Below the pieces are notes generated by a model. It had not been told where the DNA came from and ran no database searches. It saw nothing but the letters and a program-made list of their open reading frames with translations. From assembly GCA_016185545.1 (NCBI GenBank), contig JACPNJ010000005.1, positions 79,013 through 143,012 of the forward strand: a DNA stretch of 64,000 bases. Direction: 5' to 3'. Shown here in pieces: positions 18,966 through 28,894 of the stretch (position 1 is the stretch's first letter; each line of letters opens with the position of its first letter). Made by a program: the position numbers and the translations under genes. This stretch comes from Candidatus Yanofskybacteria bacterium. Lineage in GTDB: Bacteria; Patescibacteriota; Minisyncoccia; 2-02-FULL-40-12; IGHO2-01-FULL-4-A.

Positions 18966-19101
18966 ATAACTAAAATAGCAAAAAAATTGTTAAATAAAAA
19001 ACGAGTAAAAGATGACAAATTAACGTAAAACTATTGGAATCAAGCATAGAACGGGGTAAGCTACTTGCGCCATACTCGCTACGCTGCGTGCGGGCAGGTG
19101 C

Positions 19102-19761
19102 TTACTTAGTCCCGTCTAGTTTGAATGGTGCAGGAGTTTCGCGTTTGGATTGGAGAGTTTGGAAAAGTTTTTCGCGTTTGATTTGCGCTAAAGTTTTGGC
19201 TTCGTTTTTAAGAGTTGAGAGTATGGCAGTGGAAACATACCCTAATGCCGCCAAGAGAATAAAAACAATTTGAAAACCGAATTTATCGGCCAAAATAGAC
19301 CCCAGATACGCGCTTGCACCAACAGAAATACCAATTGCAATATCCTCAAGCGACCACTCAAAACCAGTCTTGCCATGGTCAAGATGATCGGTGAACAATA
19401 TGCGCCAACCGGGCACGGCCATTGAGTTAACCAATCCCAAAACTGCTTGAATGAGATAGATATGCCACGGCAAACTCACAAAAAGATAAAACAAGGGCAG
19501 CGAGGACATAATAAACGTACCCGCAATGACAAAATAAAATTCGTCACGTTCGCCATCGGTGCGGTCCATGAAACGCGACAACGGCACGGTAGTCGCGGTG
19601 CGGACAATCCAGTAACAAGCCGTTGCCAGTCCAATTACCCTCAATGACCCGCCTTCAATATTTTTTAATATAAAAACGGCAAAAATCGGCGCTAAGAGGC
19701 CGAAAGCAAAATTAATAAAGAAATCCGAGATTACAAGATGACGGATTACGCGATTGACCAA
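19102..19761 (-). CDS. membrane transporter fragment / half-size MFS-like protein
   Basis: 219 aa, about 6 TM helices; TTG start from the ORF track. Confidence 0.45.
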   Translation of the reverse strand: MVNRVIRHLVISDFFINFAFGLLAPIFAVFILKNIEGGSLRVIGLATACYWIVRTATTVPLSRFMDRTDGERDEFYFVIAGTFIMSSLPLFYLFVSLPWHIYLIQAVLGLVNSMAVPGWRILFTDHLDHGKTGFEWSLEDIAIGISVGASAYLGSILADKFGFQIVFILLAALGYVSTAILSTLKNEAKTLAQIKREKLFQTLQSKRETPAPFKLDGTK

Positions 19762-19763
19762 AA

Positions 19764-19843
19764 CTAGTTGCTAGTTGCTAGTTGCTAGTTGCTAGTTAAA
19801 GAACAATCAAACAAAACTAAAAACTAGAAACTAAAAACTAGAA
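19764..19843. repeat. (CTAGTTG)x~5 followed by (CTAAAAACTAGAAA)x2 tandem arrays, immediately upstream of the MFS-like gene start
   Basis: ctagttgctagttgctagttgctagttgctagtt ... ctaaaaactagaaactaaaaactagaaact. Confidence 0.85.
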
Positions 19844-19844
19844 A

Positions 19845-21119
19845 CTACTTAATCTGCGGCAACCCAAACCCTGATGCATTATCATCCCCAAGGGGTGATA
19901 GATCAGTTGCTAATAAGTGCAAAAAGTCACGGGTAGTCGTCATCGGGTCGGTAACTGCTGATTGCCAGTATTTAGCCGCTAATCCGGCTACAAAAGGCGA
20001 AGCCATAGAAGTCCCTGAAAGTATCACGTAACTGCCGTTATTCCATGTTGATTCAATATATTCGCCCGGTACGGCAAATTCAATATCGCGATCCTCAACA
20101 ATCCAAGAGGTGGAATCTGAGTTGGTGCCTCGTGAACTCCAGTTAGTTACGGTTATAGATTGGTCAATGGCGCCCACCGCTACAACCGAAGCATAAGCGG
20201 CTGGATAATCCACACTGTTGGGAAATGGCCCGTCATTGCCCGCGGCCGCCACAAGCAGAACTCCCTTAAACGAGGCGTAGTTGACGGCATCGCGTATTAG
20301 CGATGATTCTTGATCTGAACCGAAACTCATATTTACCACATTAGCTCCCTGGTCAGCCGCCAAACGCAGGGCTACGGCAATATCATCAGCGTAACAAGAA
20401 CCATTGGTTCCGCAAACTTTATAAGCAAAAATATTAGCTTGAGGCGCAACTCCGTAAATACCCCTGCCATCAGCACCGGCATTAGCCGCTATAATCCCGG
20501 CAACATGAGTACCGTGGCCATTTCTATCATCGCATTTACCGTCAATAATCGGAAAGCGTGAATTTGTAAAATCCTTGCATTGAACAATGCGCTCGGCTAA
20601 ATCCGGGTGTGAAACATTAACTCCCGTATCCAAGACGGCCACATTTGCATCCGCACCACCGAAAGTAGAGGTAATCAAGGAATCGTTGTATATTTTTTCG
20701 ATTCCCCATGGCGTCTGGTCAGACGGTAAATATCTGACAGTACCGCCCTTGCCTTTTGTTGCTTTTGGTACAAAAATTTTGGTTGGTGCCGGAGTTTGAA
20801 TATCTGAAACTTCGGGCGTTGGTTTAACTGATGAATCTTGGTTCGGTTGTTCGATAGCCAATGGGTCTTCAGGTAAAATTTGCAGTACGGCAACAGGTTC
20901 AATTTCTACTCCAAAAATTTTGGCCAACCGCAATTGAAAATCAGAAGCATCGGTAGTGAAACCGTTATCAAAATTATGCCTTACCCCAAGAGCATTTTTC
21001 CAAAAACCCTTGGTTGACTTAACAAAATACCTGCCATTGTCGGCAGCATGAGCGGTAGGCAAAAATACCAAAAAAAACGTTAAAAGCAAGCAAAAAACCA
21101 GTTTTTTAGTAATATTCAT
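19845..21119 (-). CDS. secreted subtilisin-like serine protease (S8)
   Basis: Signal peptide; catalytic triad motifs VLDTGV, HGTHVAG, GTSMASP. Confidence 0.88.
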   Translation of the reverse strand: MNITKKLVFCLLLTFFLVFLPTAHAADNGRYFVKSTKGFWKNALGVRHNFDNGFTTDASDFQLRLAKIFGVEIEPVAVLQILPEDPLAIEQPNQDSSVKPTPEVSDIQTPAPTKIFVPKATKGKGGTVRYLPSDQTPWGIEKIYNDSLITSTFGGADANVAVLDTGVNVSHPDLAERIVQCKDFTNSRFPIIDGKCDDRNGHGTHVAGIIAANAGADGRGIYGVAPQANIFAYKVCGTNGSCYADDIAVALRLAADQGANVVNMSFGSDQESSLIRDAVNYASFKGVLLVAAAGNDGPFPNSVDYPAAYASVVAVGAIDQSITVTNWSSRGTNSDSTSWIVEDRDIEFAVPGEYIESTWNNGSYVILSGTSMASPFVAGLAAKYWQSAVTDPMTTTRDFLHLLATDLSPLGDDNASGFGLPQIK

Positions 21120-21232
21120 GTATTACTCATAAATTGTATCACAAAAACAGACTCGCGCCAAATTCTTATCAACACCCGCTTAAACTTTTGCACAAGCGCC
21201 TATGGCGCAATCCGCGAAGCGAGTGCAAAAAC

Positions 21233-22645
21233 TTAGGCGAGCAATACCTTTCTCGTGCTAATTTTGTGGCTGTTTATGCTTATCAGCGCCAACGCCATCC
21301 AAAAAATTAAACTCCCCTGCTGAGAGGTCCAGAGAAAATGGTCAAAAATGCCAACAAGCAAAAATAAAAAACTAAAAATGAAAAATAAGAAACTGAAAAG
21401 TTTCTTAAAATCGGCGCAACGAATAAAATGCCAAAAGCTAAAAAATAAAAACAACAGGAAGACACTAAAACCAATAAATCCGGTTTCGCTCGCAATCAGT
21501 AAGTAAATATTGTGGACCGGTTGGTAGGCGGTTGCCGGCAAATGTTTATATTTAAACATGAAATCAGGCACGAATTGGCCGATACCAATGCCCAGTAATG
21601 GATGGGAAACAGCCACGGATTCGGCAATTTTATTGTAAAAAACTCTCTCGGAAAAGGCTGGATCTTGTCCCGAAATATGAATACGAGAATTAACTTGCGG
21701 CCAATAAATGAGAGAAAATACAGTCGCAGCAATAACCGATACTACAAAAATTTTAAAAATTTTTTGTTTAAGAATTAAATCCCGACGAAACTCTTTTTTA
21801 AAAAAAACGGCTAAAAATCCGGCTAATGTGCCCAAAACCCAAAGCCCGACAACCACTCGCGAAAAAGTAGAAAAGAGAGCAAAAAGCAAAATAATATAAA
21901 CAAACAGCAATAAACCATCCTTAGTTCTTTGGACTTCGGGCGGGTTCTTTTTTGTATCTCGATGTAAAAAGTAAAAACAAAGTGCAAAGATAGTTGTAAA
22001 AAGCCAAGCGGCAAGTATGTTGGGATGCGGGGTAGTCCCATAGGCGCGTAGGTATTTTTCGCCGCCGGCAAAAAATATTGCAACTCCGGTAGTATTCACC
22101 GATAGCGGACTCTCGCCAAGCAATCGCAGACTAATACTCCCCTGCTTGAGATATTGGACGATACCGATGACGGCCTGAAAAAGACCGGAAGCGATAATAA
22201 TTACCAAAACGGTGCGAAATTGAAAAACTTTGCCAAAATTAGATTTAAGGTAAAAATAAAACCCGATAAATTCCGCCAATTTGAGCAATTGGTAAAAAGA
22301 TAAGCCGACAATTCGTGAGTTAAAAATTGAAATCGCCGAAATTACGAAAAAAATTACCAGCCAGAATGTAGAAAATTTTAAAATTTGAAATTTGGGCTTT
22401 AAAAATTCATTTGAAATTTGAAATTTGAAATTTGAAATTTTCCAACTGCCCGCCATGATTCTTATTATCCAAAAAACAAATAATGTCACCAAAAGAATAT
22501 CTGTGCCATAAAGGTATGTGTTAGTCCACTGATTAAACGGCCGGGTCCACTCATATAAAATCACCCGTGCCTGCACCGGCACCGCAAAGATCAGTAGATA
22601 AAAAACGGCGGATTCAAGTTTCTTAAATAGGTATTGACTTTGCAT
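21233..22645 (-). CDS. O-antigen ligase/polymerase-like polytopic membrane protein
   Basis: 470 aa, >10 TM helices; Wzy_C-like loop; contains a heptamer array. Confidence 0.45.
   Translation of the reverse strand: MQSQYLFKKLESAVFYLLIFAVPVQARVILYEWTRPFNQWTNTYLYGTDILLVTLFVFWIIRIMAGSWKISNFKFQISNEFLKPKFQILKFSTFWLVIFFVISAISIFNSRIVGLSFYQLLKLAEFIGFYFYLKSNFGKVFQFRTVLVIIIASGLFQAVIGIVQYLKQGSISLRLLGESPLSVNTTGVAIFFAGGEKYLRAYGTTPHPNILAAWLFTTIFALCFYFLHRDTKKNPPEVQRTKDGLLLFVYIILLFALFSTFSRVVVGLWVLGTLAGFLAVFFKKEFRRDLILKQKIFKIFVVSVIAATVFSLIYWPQVNSRIHISGQDPAFSERVFYNKIAESVAVSHPLLGIGIGQFVPDFMFKYKHLPATAYQPVHNIYLLIASETGFIGFSVFLLFLFFSFWHFIRCADFKKLFSFLFFIFSFLFLLVGIFDHFLWTSQQGSLIFWMALALISINSHKISTRKVLLA
22375..22441. 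repeat. (GAAATTT)n heptamer array inside the membrane protein gene
   Basis: aaatttgaaatttg ... gaaatttgaaatttgaaatttgaaattt; encodes KFQISNFKFQ.. Confidence 0.8.
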
Positions 22646-22654
22646 GACGGGGTA

Positions 22655-23806
22655 TTATCTTATCAAAACTGTATAAACCGCTCCGGCGGCGAATAATAAC
22701 ATCATTAGATAAAGCACGGGTGTGGGAACACGAATGGAATATTCGGGGACGCGATCCCCGTTTTTTCTTGCTTTAGCGTACAAAAATATCAGAATAATCA
22801 TTTCAATGCTGACCGCCACTCCCCCGACCAATCCGATTATATCAATAAAATTCCTGATGCCGGAAATAAAAAGGACATACGGCGGTATCATCGTCAAAAG
22901 CCATGCCCAGCGACGGCTAAAATAAAAATCCTCCTGAAAGGATTCTTTCAGGGCCGTACCCAAGTTAATAAAAATGGAGAAAGAGGTCAGAAAACCGAAC
23001 AACGAGCCGATAAAAATAATTTTAGTCCCCAAAAAACCCGAGAGCCCAGAAATGGCATCTGGCGACGTGGCATCACCCGATATCCCGACCACTACAAAAG
23101 TAAAAACAAGGTAGAGAAGCGCCGGCATGACAGTCCCGAATATTAACGCTTTTCTGAATTTATCTTCGGAACCGGTTAAAACTTCTCTGACCAGCGGAAC
23201 GCCAGTTTTTGAACTCATGGCAAACATAACGATACCGAAGGGCAAAAACCAGAAATTTTTTACAGCCAAAGTATAGTTGTTTAAATTAACACTTCTGACA
23301 CCAAGTAGTCCAATAAACAAAATTATGGACGTAAAAAGAAACATCATTAAAAAATCCGTTTTGGAAATGGTTCTCAAACCGCGGAAAATAAAAACAGAGA
23401 CAATCAAAATAAATATCGTACTCCAAGAAGCCGGCGATAAACGCAAGGAAAAAGAAAAAACATTCGCCAAAAATCCGCCGCTTATTATGATTATGCCGAT
23501 TAGCGCGCCGTAAGCGCCGACCATAAAAGTAAATAAATTGATTTTTCTGGCCCAGACGCCAAGATATTTGTTTGTATAACCGACTAGCTGGTGCCGTTCA
23601 TGGGTACGCAATATCACTTCCCCATACAGAAAATTACTCAATAGAAAAAGACTGCCGATGCCGATTAAAAATAAAAAGCCGATCCCGAAACCGGCTTTTT
23701 GAAAAGCAAAAGGGATTCCATAGATCCCCACTCCGATAGTTGACCCTACGAGGGTCGCCACCGCATACCAAAATTTATTTGGTTTCGTTATTTTCAGCAT
23801 CCCCAT
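22655..23806 (-). CDS. amino-acid permease-like transporter
   Basis: About 11 TM helices; aromatic/amino-acid permease-like N-terminus (AVATLVGSTIGVGIYGIPFAF). Confidence 0.5.
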   Translation of the reverse strand: MGMLKITKPNKFWYAVATLVGSTIGVGIYGIPFAFQKAGFGIGFLFLIGIGSLFLLSNFLYGEVILRTHERHQLVGYTNKYLGVWARKINLFTFMVGAYGALIGIIIISGGFLANVFSFSLRLSPASWSTIFILIVSVFIFRGLRTISKTDFLMMFLFTSIILFIGLLGVRSVNLNNYTLAVKNFWFLPFGIVMFAMSSKTGVPLVREVLTGSEDKFRKALIFGTVMPALLYLVFTFVVVGISGDATSPDAISGLSGFLGTKIIFIGSLFGFLTSFSIFINLGTALKESFQEDFYFSRRWAWLLTMIPPYVLFISGIRNFIDIIGLVGGVAVSIEMIILIFLYAKARKNGDRVPEYSIRVPTPVLYLMMLLFAAGAVYTVLIR

Positions 23807-24281
23807 TTGATTCAAGTTCCATTCCGCCAATATGCTGATACGGCATTTTAGGGAGTAATCTTTTTTCTATCTGCCACAGCATGGTTAATACCAAATAACC
23901 AATTGCCGCACCCGCGACTGCTCCGAAAATAAAACCGATCCCGGCGGCAATGCCCACCGCCGCCACCAGCCACAGTGTTGCCGCCGTGGTCGTACCCATA
24001 ATCCGCGACCCTTGGCGTAAAATCGCTCCGCCGCCGATAAAACCGATACCGACAATAATATTGGCTATAATATGATAATCAAAACCGGCTACACCATTGA
24101 CCGATGGATATTGTTCAAAAAGATAAATTGAAATCAGAGACAAAAGCGCCGCCCCCATAGCCACCAGCGAATGCGTCCTTAAACCGGCAACTTTATGCGC
24201 CCGCTCACGTTCAAACCCAATCGCCCCGCCCAGCCCCGCGGCCAGTAGAAGCCGTAAAATTAAATCGGCATTGGTAATCAT
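23775..24281 (-). CDS. mgtC: MgtC/SapB family membrane protein
   Basis: MITNADLILRLLLAAGLGGAIGFERE signature. Confidence 0.75.
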   Translation of the reverse strand: MITNADLILRLLLAAGLGGAIGFERERAHKVAGLRTHSLVAMGAALLSLISIYLFEQYPSVNGVAGFDYHIIANIIVGIGFIGGGAILRQGSRIMGTTTAATLWLVAAVGIAAGIGFIFGAVAGAAIGYLVLTMLWQIEKRLLPKMPYQHIGGMELESNGDAENNETK

Positions 24282-24380
24282 TACTTTTATTCTAAACAAA
24301 AAGCCAAAACCACGCAACAAGACTATACACAAACTTCGCCTTCAAAAGAATATTTTTTCAATATGCTACCCGGGGTGTAT

Positions 24381-24402
24381 TCACAACATTCTCACATTCT
24401 CA
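24381..24402. promoter_or_regulatory. palindrome cattctcaagaatatgagaatg (with direct repeat cattctca x2) upstream of mgtC
   Basis: 8-bp arms; position consistent with an operator. Confidence 0.25.
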
Positions 24403-24446
24403 AGAATATGAGAATGCCATCGGTGATTGTGCATATTTGAAAAACA

Positions 24447-24470
24447 AAAACCCGGTTCGCGCCGGGTATC
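24447..24470 (-). terminator. hairpin cccggcgcgaaccggg + T-run after the secreted protein gene
   Basis: Minus strand reads gatacccggcgcgaaccgggtttttg. Confidence 0.45.
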
Positions 24471-24479
24471 AATGAGAAA

Positions 24480-24944
24480 TTATTTAAAAACCACTTTGGC
24501 TCTCTGGGGCATAAGTGTTTTTTTTATTTTAATTCTAGGGTCGCTCTCTGTTACTCCAGTTGGGGTTTTGCCCGATGGCTTAACCCCCTTTGTCCTAGCA
24601 AAAAAGATTACTATTTCATTTCCCCCCTCAAGCAAAAACCTACTTTCCATAAAAGACCACGAACCATATATGTTAATCAAATAATGCTCTGCTGGTTGCT
24701 TGAAATTTAAGTAACTCGTCCCTTTTTCTATTCCTTCGATGATCTCCCACCCGCTGTCAGTATAGAAAAAATGCTGATGAATATATCCTTGTCCTAAATG
24801 ACCAATAATTAAATGCTCAACAACCAATAATTCTTTGTATGGCTTTGAAGGCCGAGGCGGATTAACGATTTCTGGATCTTTGGCAAAACCAAGATTGATA
24901 AACAAAAACATTGCAACAAACAACAACAAACTTGCTCTTTTCAT
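24480..24944 (-). CDS. secreted hypothetical protein
   Basis: Signal peptide MKRASLLLFVAMFLFINLGFA. Confidence 0.45.
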   Translation of the reverse strand: MKRASLLLFVAMFLFINLGFAKDPEIVNPPRPSKPYKELLVVEHLIIGHLGQGYIHQHFFYTDSGWEIIEGIEKGTSYLNFKQPAEHYLINIYGSWSFMESRFLLEGGNEIVIFFARTKGVKPSGKTPTGVTESDPRIKIKKTLMPQRAKVVFK

Positions 24945-25031
24945 GGTTTTCTCCCTTAATTTTCAAATAACTCTACTGTCACCATTATAATAAATGGGGA
25001 CGCTCACTAAGTCAATAGGTGATGATTGTGG

Positions 25032-27371
25032 TTACCGGAGGGCGATTTTGAGGAGTTCATCCACATTTTTGACGAATTTAAATTTGAGGTCGCGGCGGAT
25101 TTCGCGCGGGATGTCTTCAACCACATCTTTTTTATTGTCAGCCGGCAATATCACCGTTTTAAGCCCCGCTCTGTGTGCCGCCAATACTTTTTCTTTTACC
25201 CCGCCAATCTCAAGCACCTTACCTCGTAAAGTTATCTCGCCGGTCATACCCACGTCTTTACGGGCTGGCTTCTGTGTGAAAAGGGAAATAATTGCCGTAG
25301 CCATGGCCGTGCCGGCTGACGGTCCATCTTTGGGAATGGCGCCAGACGGAACATGCAGGTGGATGTCCTCTTTGTAAAAATCGTTTTTGATTCCCAGCTT
25401 CGCCGCCTGCGAACGCGCGTAGCTTAACGCGGCATAGGCTGATTCTTTCATCACCTCACCCAAATGCCCGGTTAGCAATAATTTACCGCGCCCCGGCATT
25501 TTGGTCGCTTCGATCGACAGTACTTCCCCGCCCACCGGCGTCCACGCCAAACCAGTCGCCACACCGATTTCGTCTTTGGTCTCTGCCTGCTGATGAGTAT
25601 ATTTAATAGGTCCGAGATATGAATGAAGAGAGCCTGAGGTCACGCTAACTTTGCCCTTGGCTTTTTTCTCCACGATCTTGCGGGTAATTTTACGAATAAT
25701 CGTAGCTACTTGCCGTTCAAGATCGCGTACACCTGCTTCACGCGTATGTTTGCGGATTATATCCGCCAGGACTTGATCATTGAATATCAGCATCCCGTCT
25801 TTAATTCCGTGCTCGCTGAATAGTTTGGGCATCAGGTATTTTTTGGTTATATGAAGTTTTTCTTCCTCGGTGTAACCTGGAAATTCAATTATTTCCAAAC
25901 GATCGCGCAGAGCAGGCGGAATAGTATCCAGCACATTGGCGGTGGTTATAAATAACACATCAGACAAATCAAATGGTACTTCCAGATAGTGATCTGAAAA
26001 GGCAAAATTCTGCTCCGGATCAAGCGCTTCAAGCAAGGCCGCCGAAGGATCGCCGCGAAAATCAATGCCCACCTTGTCTATTTCGTCCAGCATGAAAACA
26101 GGATTGCGCGTACCGGCACTGTGGATTCCTTGAATAACTCGGCCAGGCAGGGCGCCGACATAAGTCCGCCTGTGGCCACGGATTTCAGCTTCATCTCGCA
26201 AACCACCAAGCGACATGCGTACAAACTTGCGTCCCAGCTCGCGGGCGATTGATCTGCCAATTGATGTCTTGCCCACGCCGGGCGGTCCGACAAAACAAAG
26301 TATCGGACCCTTGATTTTACCGACTTGTTTTTGGACGGCCAGATATTCAATTATTCTTTCCTTGGCTTTTTTGAGGCCGTAGTGGTCATCGTTGAGTATT
26401 TTTTCTGCATTTTTCAGTTCTAATTTACCGCCGTTGCCGGGTGATTTTTTAGACCACGGCAATTCCACCAGCCAGTCAAGATAAGTGCGCAAATATGAAA
26501 TTTCAGGGCTGAACGACGGCATCCTTTCCAGCCGGTCAAGTTCCTTAAGAGCTTTGGTTTCAGTCTCCTTGGTCATTCCTGCCTCTTTTATTTTGGCGCG
26601 AATGGTTTCAATTTCGCCCTTTTCGCTATCAATTCCCAGCTCCTTTTCAATGCTTTTCATCTGTTCGCGTAAAAACACCTCTTTTTGCATTTTGCCAAGT
26701 TGTTTTTTGGTTTCCTTAAAAACTTTTTTTTCGGCGTCAATTATTTCAATTTCGCGTGAAATATAAAAATTGATCTTCTTCAGCGCTTCCACCGAATCGG
26801 TGGTTTCTAAAATATCCTGCTGGTCTTTGAGTTCCAGATTAAGATTGATGGCTATTAAATCCACAACCTGCTCGGGATCCCTGACCTGGTTGAGCGCTTC
26901 CACCAAGTCATGTATAACAGCCGGCATCTGGCGCACTTCCAGAAGTTTTTTAAACTGGTCAACCGTCGCGCGCGTCAGGGCCTCGGCTTCAACGTTTCGC
27001 GGCACAGTCATTTTAACCGGCTCAATTTTAACTTTGAAAAACGGGTCAATTTGGGAAAAATCCTTTATTCTTACTCGGGCAATGCCCTCAACGTTAATTT
27101 TGGAAGAACCATCGGGAAGTTTATGCACTTCAAAAACACGGCCGACCGTGCCAATACGGAAGAGATCTTTTTGATCCACATCGTCGTAAATATTTTTTTG
27201 CGCCACAAAAACCACCAATCTGTCCTGCGACATAGCCAAATCCAAACTGCCGGCCGATTTTGGCCTCTGCACCAAAAGCGGAATTGCCACCCGCGGAAAA
27301 AGCACTACGTTTTTCAACGGTATCAACGGCAATTCATCTTCTATTGTGATACTATTGGAAACGAAAGACAT
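25032..27371 (-). CDS. lon: ATP-dependent Lon protease
   Basis: 779 aa; LON N-domain, AAA+ Walker A GPPGVGKTS, S16 protease with PKDGPSAG. Confidence 0.93.
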   Translation of the reverse strand: MSFVSNSITIEDELPLIPLKNVVLFPRVAIPLLVQRPKSAGSLDLAMSQDRLVVFVAQKNIYDDVDQKDLFRIGTVGRVFEVHKLPDGSSKINVEGIARVRIKDFSQIDPFFKVKIEPVKMTVPRNVEAEALTRATVDQFKKLLEVRQMPAVIHDLVEALNQVRDPEQVVDLIAINLNLELKDQQDILETTDSVEALKKINFYISREIEIIDAEKKVFKETKKQLGKMQKEVFLREQMKSIEKELGIDSEKGEIETIRAKIKEAGMTKETETKALKELDRLERMPSFSPEISYLRTYLDWLVELPWSKKSPGNGGKLELKNAEKILNDDHYGLKKAKERIIEYLAVQKQVGKIKGPILCFVGPPGVGKTSIGRSIARELGRKFVRMSLGGLRDEAEIRGHRRTYVGALPGRVIQGIHSAGTRNPVFMLDEIDKVGIDFRGDPSAALLEALDPEQNFAFSDHYLEVPFDLSDVLFITTANVLDTIPPALRDRLEIIEFPGYTEEEKLHITKKYLMPKLFSEHGIKDGMLIFNDQVLADIIRKHTREAGVRDLERQVATIIRKITRKIVEKKAKGKVSVTSGSLHSYLGPIKYTHQQAETKDEIGVATGLAWTPVGGEVLSIEATKMPGRGKLLLTGHLGEVMKESAYAALSYARSQAAKLGIKNDFYKEDIHLHVPSGAIPKDGPSAGTAMATAIISLFTQKPARKDVGMTGEITLRGKVLEIGGVKEKVLAAHRAGLKTVILPADNKKDVVEDIPREIRRDLKFKFVKNVDELLKIALR

Positions 27372-27473
27372 GTGGAATAGTAAGTAGAAAGTATAAACTA
27401 TTAAAAGTTAAAAGTAAAGAAAAAAAACCTAAAAAGGTTTGCCTAAAAGGAAGAAAATTATAGAGGCTGGCGT

Positions 27474-28073
27474 TTATTCCCTGCCTTGCGCGAACTCACT
27501 TTCTTCTTTTGATGCCGTCCTCTTCTCAACTCCCTTGTATTCCTTGCCTATAAGCTCAATCAATTTCTCAACCAGTCTTTTGGGGTCGGAGTCATAAATA
27601 ATTTTGCCCTTGCCACGATGACCGACATCTATAATATGCTTGATCTCATCGGCCGTTCCCCCACTACCCTCCAACACTCCGATTGGCTTATTGTCTTCAA
27701 AGGCAATCGTAAACTCATTAAGCGTCCCGATGCGCCCGCAACAGACTATTACGGCATCGGATGAACGGGTAAGCAAAAGGTTGCGGCCGGAATAATCAAA
27801 TCCTGTGTAAATTATAAAATCATAATACTCTGTAGGAAGCTTGTAGCTTTTGACATGCGCGGCGTAACTGGCCGCCGGCGAAATGCCGATTGAAATACCG
27901 CCAGCTTCTTTAGCGCCCTTAGCGGCAAAATTCGGGATGCCGCTGGTTGCGCCGGTAATTAAAATTCCGTTATGTTTAACAATTTCCTGGCCAAGCTCAT
28001 ATGCCTTTTTGTCGGCACCAACCGCGCAATGCCCAATTTCCGCCGCACCGGAGATAACAAATTTATATTTCAT
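27474..28073 (-). CDS. SLOG/TIGR00725-family Rossmann-like nucleotide-binding protein
   Basis: ILITGATSGIPNFAAKGAKEAGG...VCCGRIGTLNEF pattern of LOG/DprA-like SLOG proteins. Confidence 0.55.
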   Translation of the reverse strand: MKYKFVISGAAEIGHCAVGADKKAYELGQEIVKHNGILITGATSGIPNFAAKGAKEAGGISIGISPAASYAAHVKSYKLPTEYYDFIIYTGFDYSGRNLLLTRSSDAVIVCCGRIGTLNEFTIAFEDNKPIGVLEGSGGTADEIKHIIDVGHRGKGKIIYDSDPKRLVEKLIELIGKEYKGVEKRTASKEESEFAQGRE

Positions 28074-28312
28074 CCCGTACAAGACAGGAAATGATTTATT
28101 CATGTAAATCATTTCCGTGCCTATCAATAAGTTACTTTATTAATCCCATTTAGATAGCCACTGCAACCCTTCATCGTTATTAGCAAAGGCTGTCTCGTTC
28201 GGGATTCATCTCATAATCATAACAAATTTTTTAATTGCAAACAACAATATTTGATTTTTTGATTAAACTCATGTGTGTTATGCTTTTTAAAGAAAAAAGG
28301 TGAAGAAAGAGG

Positions 28313-28876
28313 ATGAGAATACGGAAGGACGCGATGAACTTTAAAAAAATATGGAATTTTTTGGATAAACCCTGGCCGCATAGAACTTTTTGGATAACAA
28401 TTTTTGTAATATTACCATCGCTTTATTTATTTTCCGGGATGTCATTGGTAAGCCGGCCTTCTTTTTTGCTCTACCAGAATTATCAGCTTGAATATCACGT
28501 CAAAAACATTATGAAACTTGAAAGCCTGCCCAGAGAACCATATCCTCGCGTTTATATTTTGCCGCGCGCAGTCAGGACTTTTTTCTTCTTGCCTTATTCT
28601 TTTACGCACAGACGCATCGGAAGAAACCGTTATTTCAATCAAGTATATCAGAGTTATCCTGTTATTGAAGATGACTCAATCGTAATGCAGGAGGAAGAAG
28701 CCGCAAATCTAGAAATTCTCGCGCACGAAATCGGACACTTTATTGATTATTACTCCGACCCCGAAGTTTTTTTCAAAAAAGATTTTGAAGCGGCAGAAAA
28801 TTTTTCTCTCCGTTTCCAATTTGCCGTAGCTAGAAAGTTGGAAAAATGCGAAGAGAAACCTAAAGTGCTCCATTGA
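28313..28876 (+). CDS. hypothetical membrane-anchored protein with HExxH metallopeptidase-like motif
   Basis: N-terminal TM; LAHEIGHFIDYY. Confidence 0.35.
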   Translation: MRIRKDAMNFKKIWNFLDKPWPHRTFWITIFVILPSLYLFSGMSLVSRPSFLLYQNYQLEYHVKNIMKLESLPREPYPRVYILPRAVRTFFFLPYSFTHRRIGRNRYFNQVYQSYPVIEDDSIVMQEEEAANLEILAHEIGHFIDYYSDPEVFFKKDFEAAENFSLRFQFAVARKLEKCEEKPKVLH

Positions 28877-28894
28877 GCGCTTTTTTAATAAAAA

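Noticed and set aside
24340-24480. Mg2+ (M-box) riboswitch upstream of mgtC
   Set aside because: The intergenic region is too short and lacks the multi-helix M-box architecture. Only a simple palindrome (operator-like) is present.
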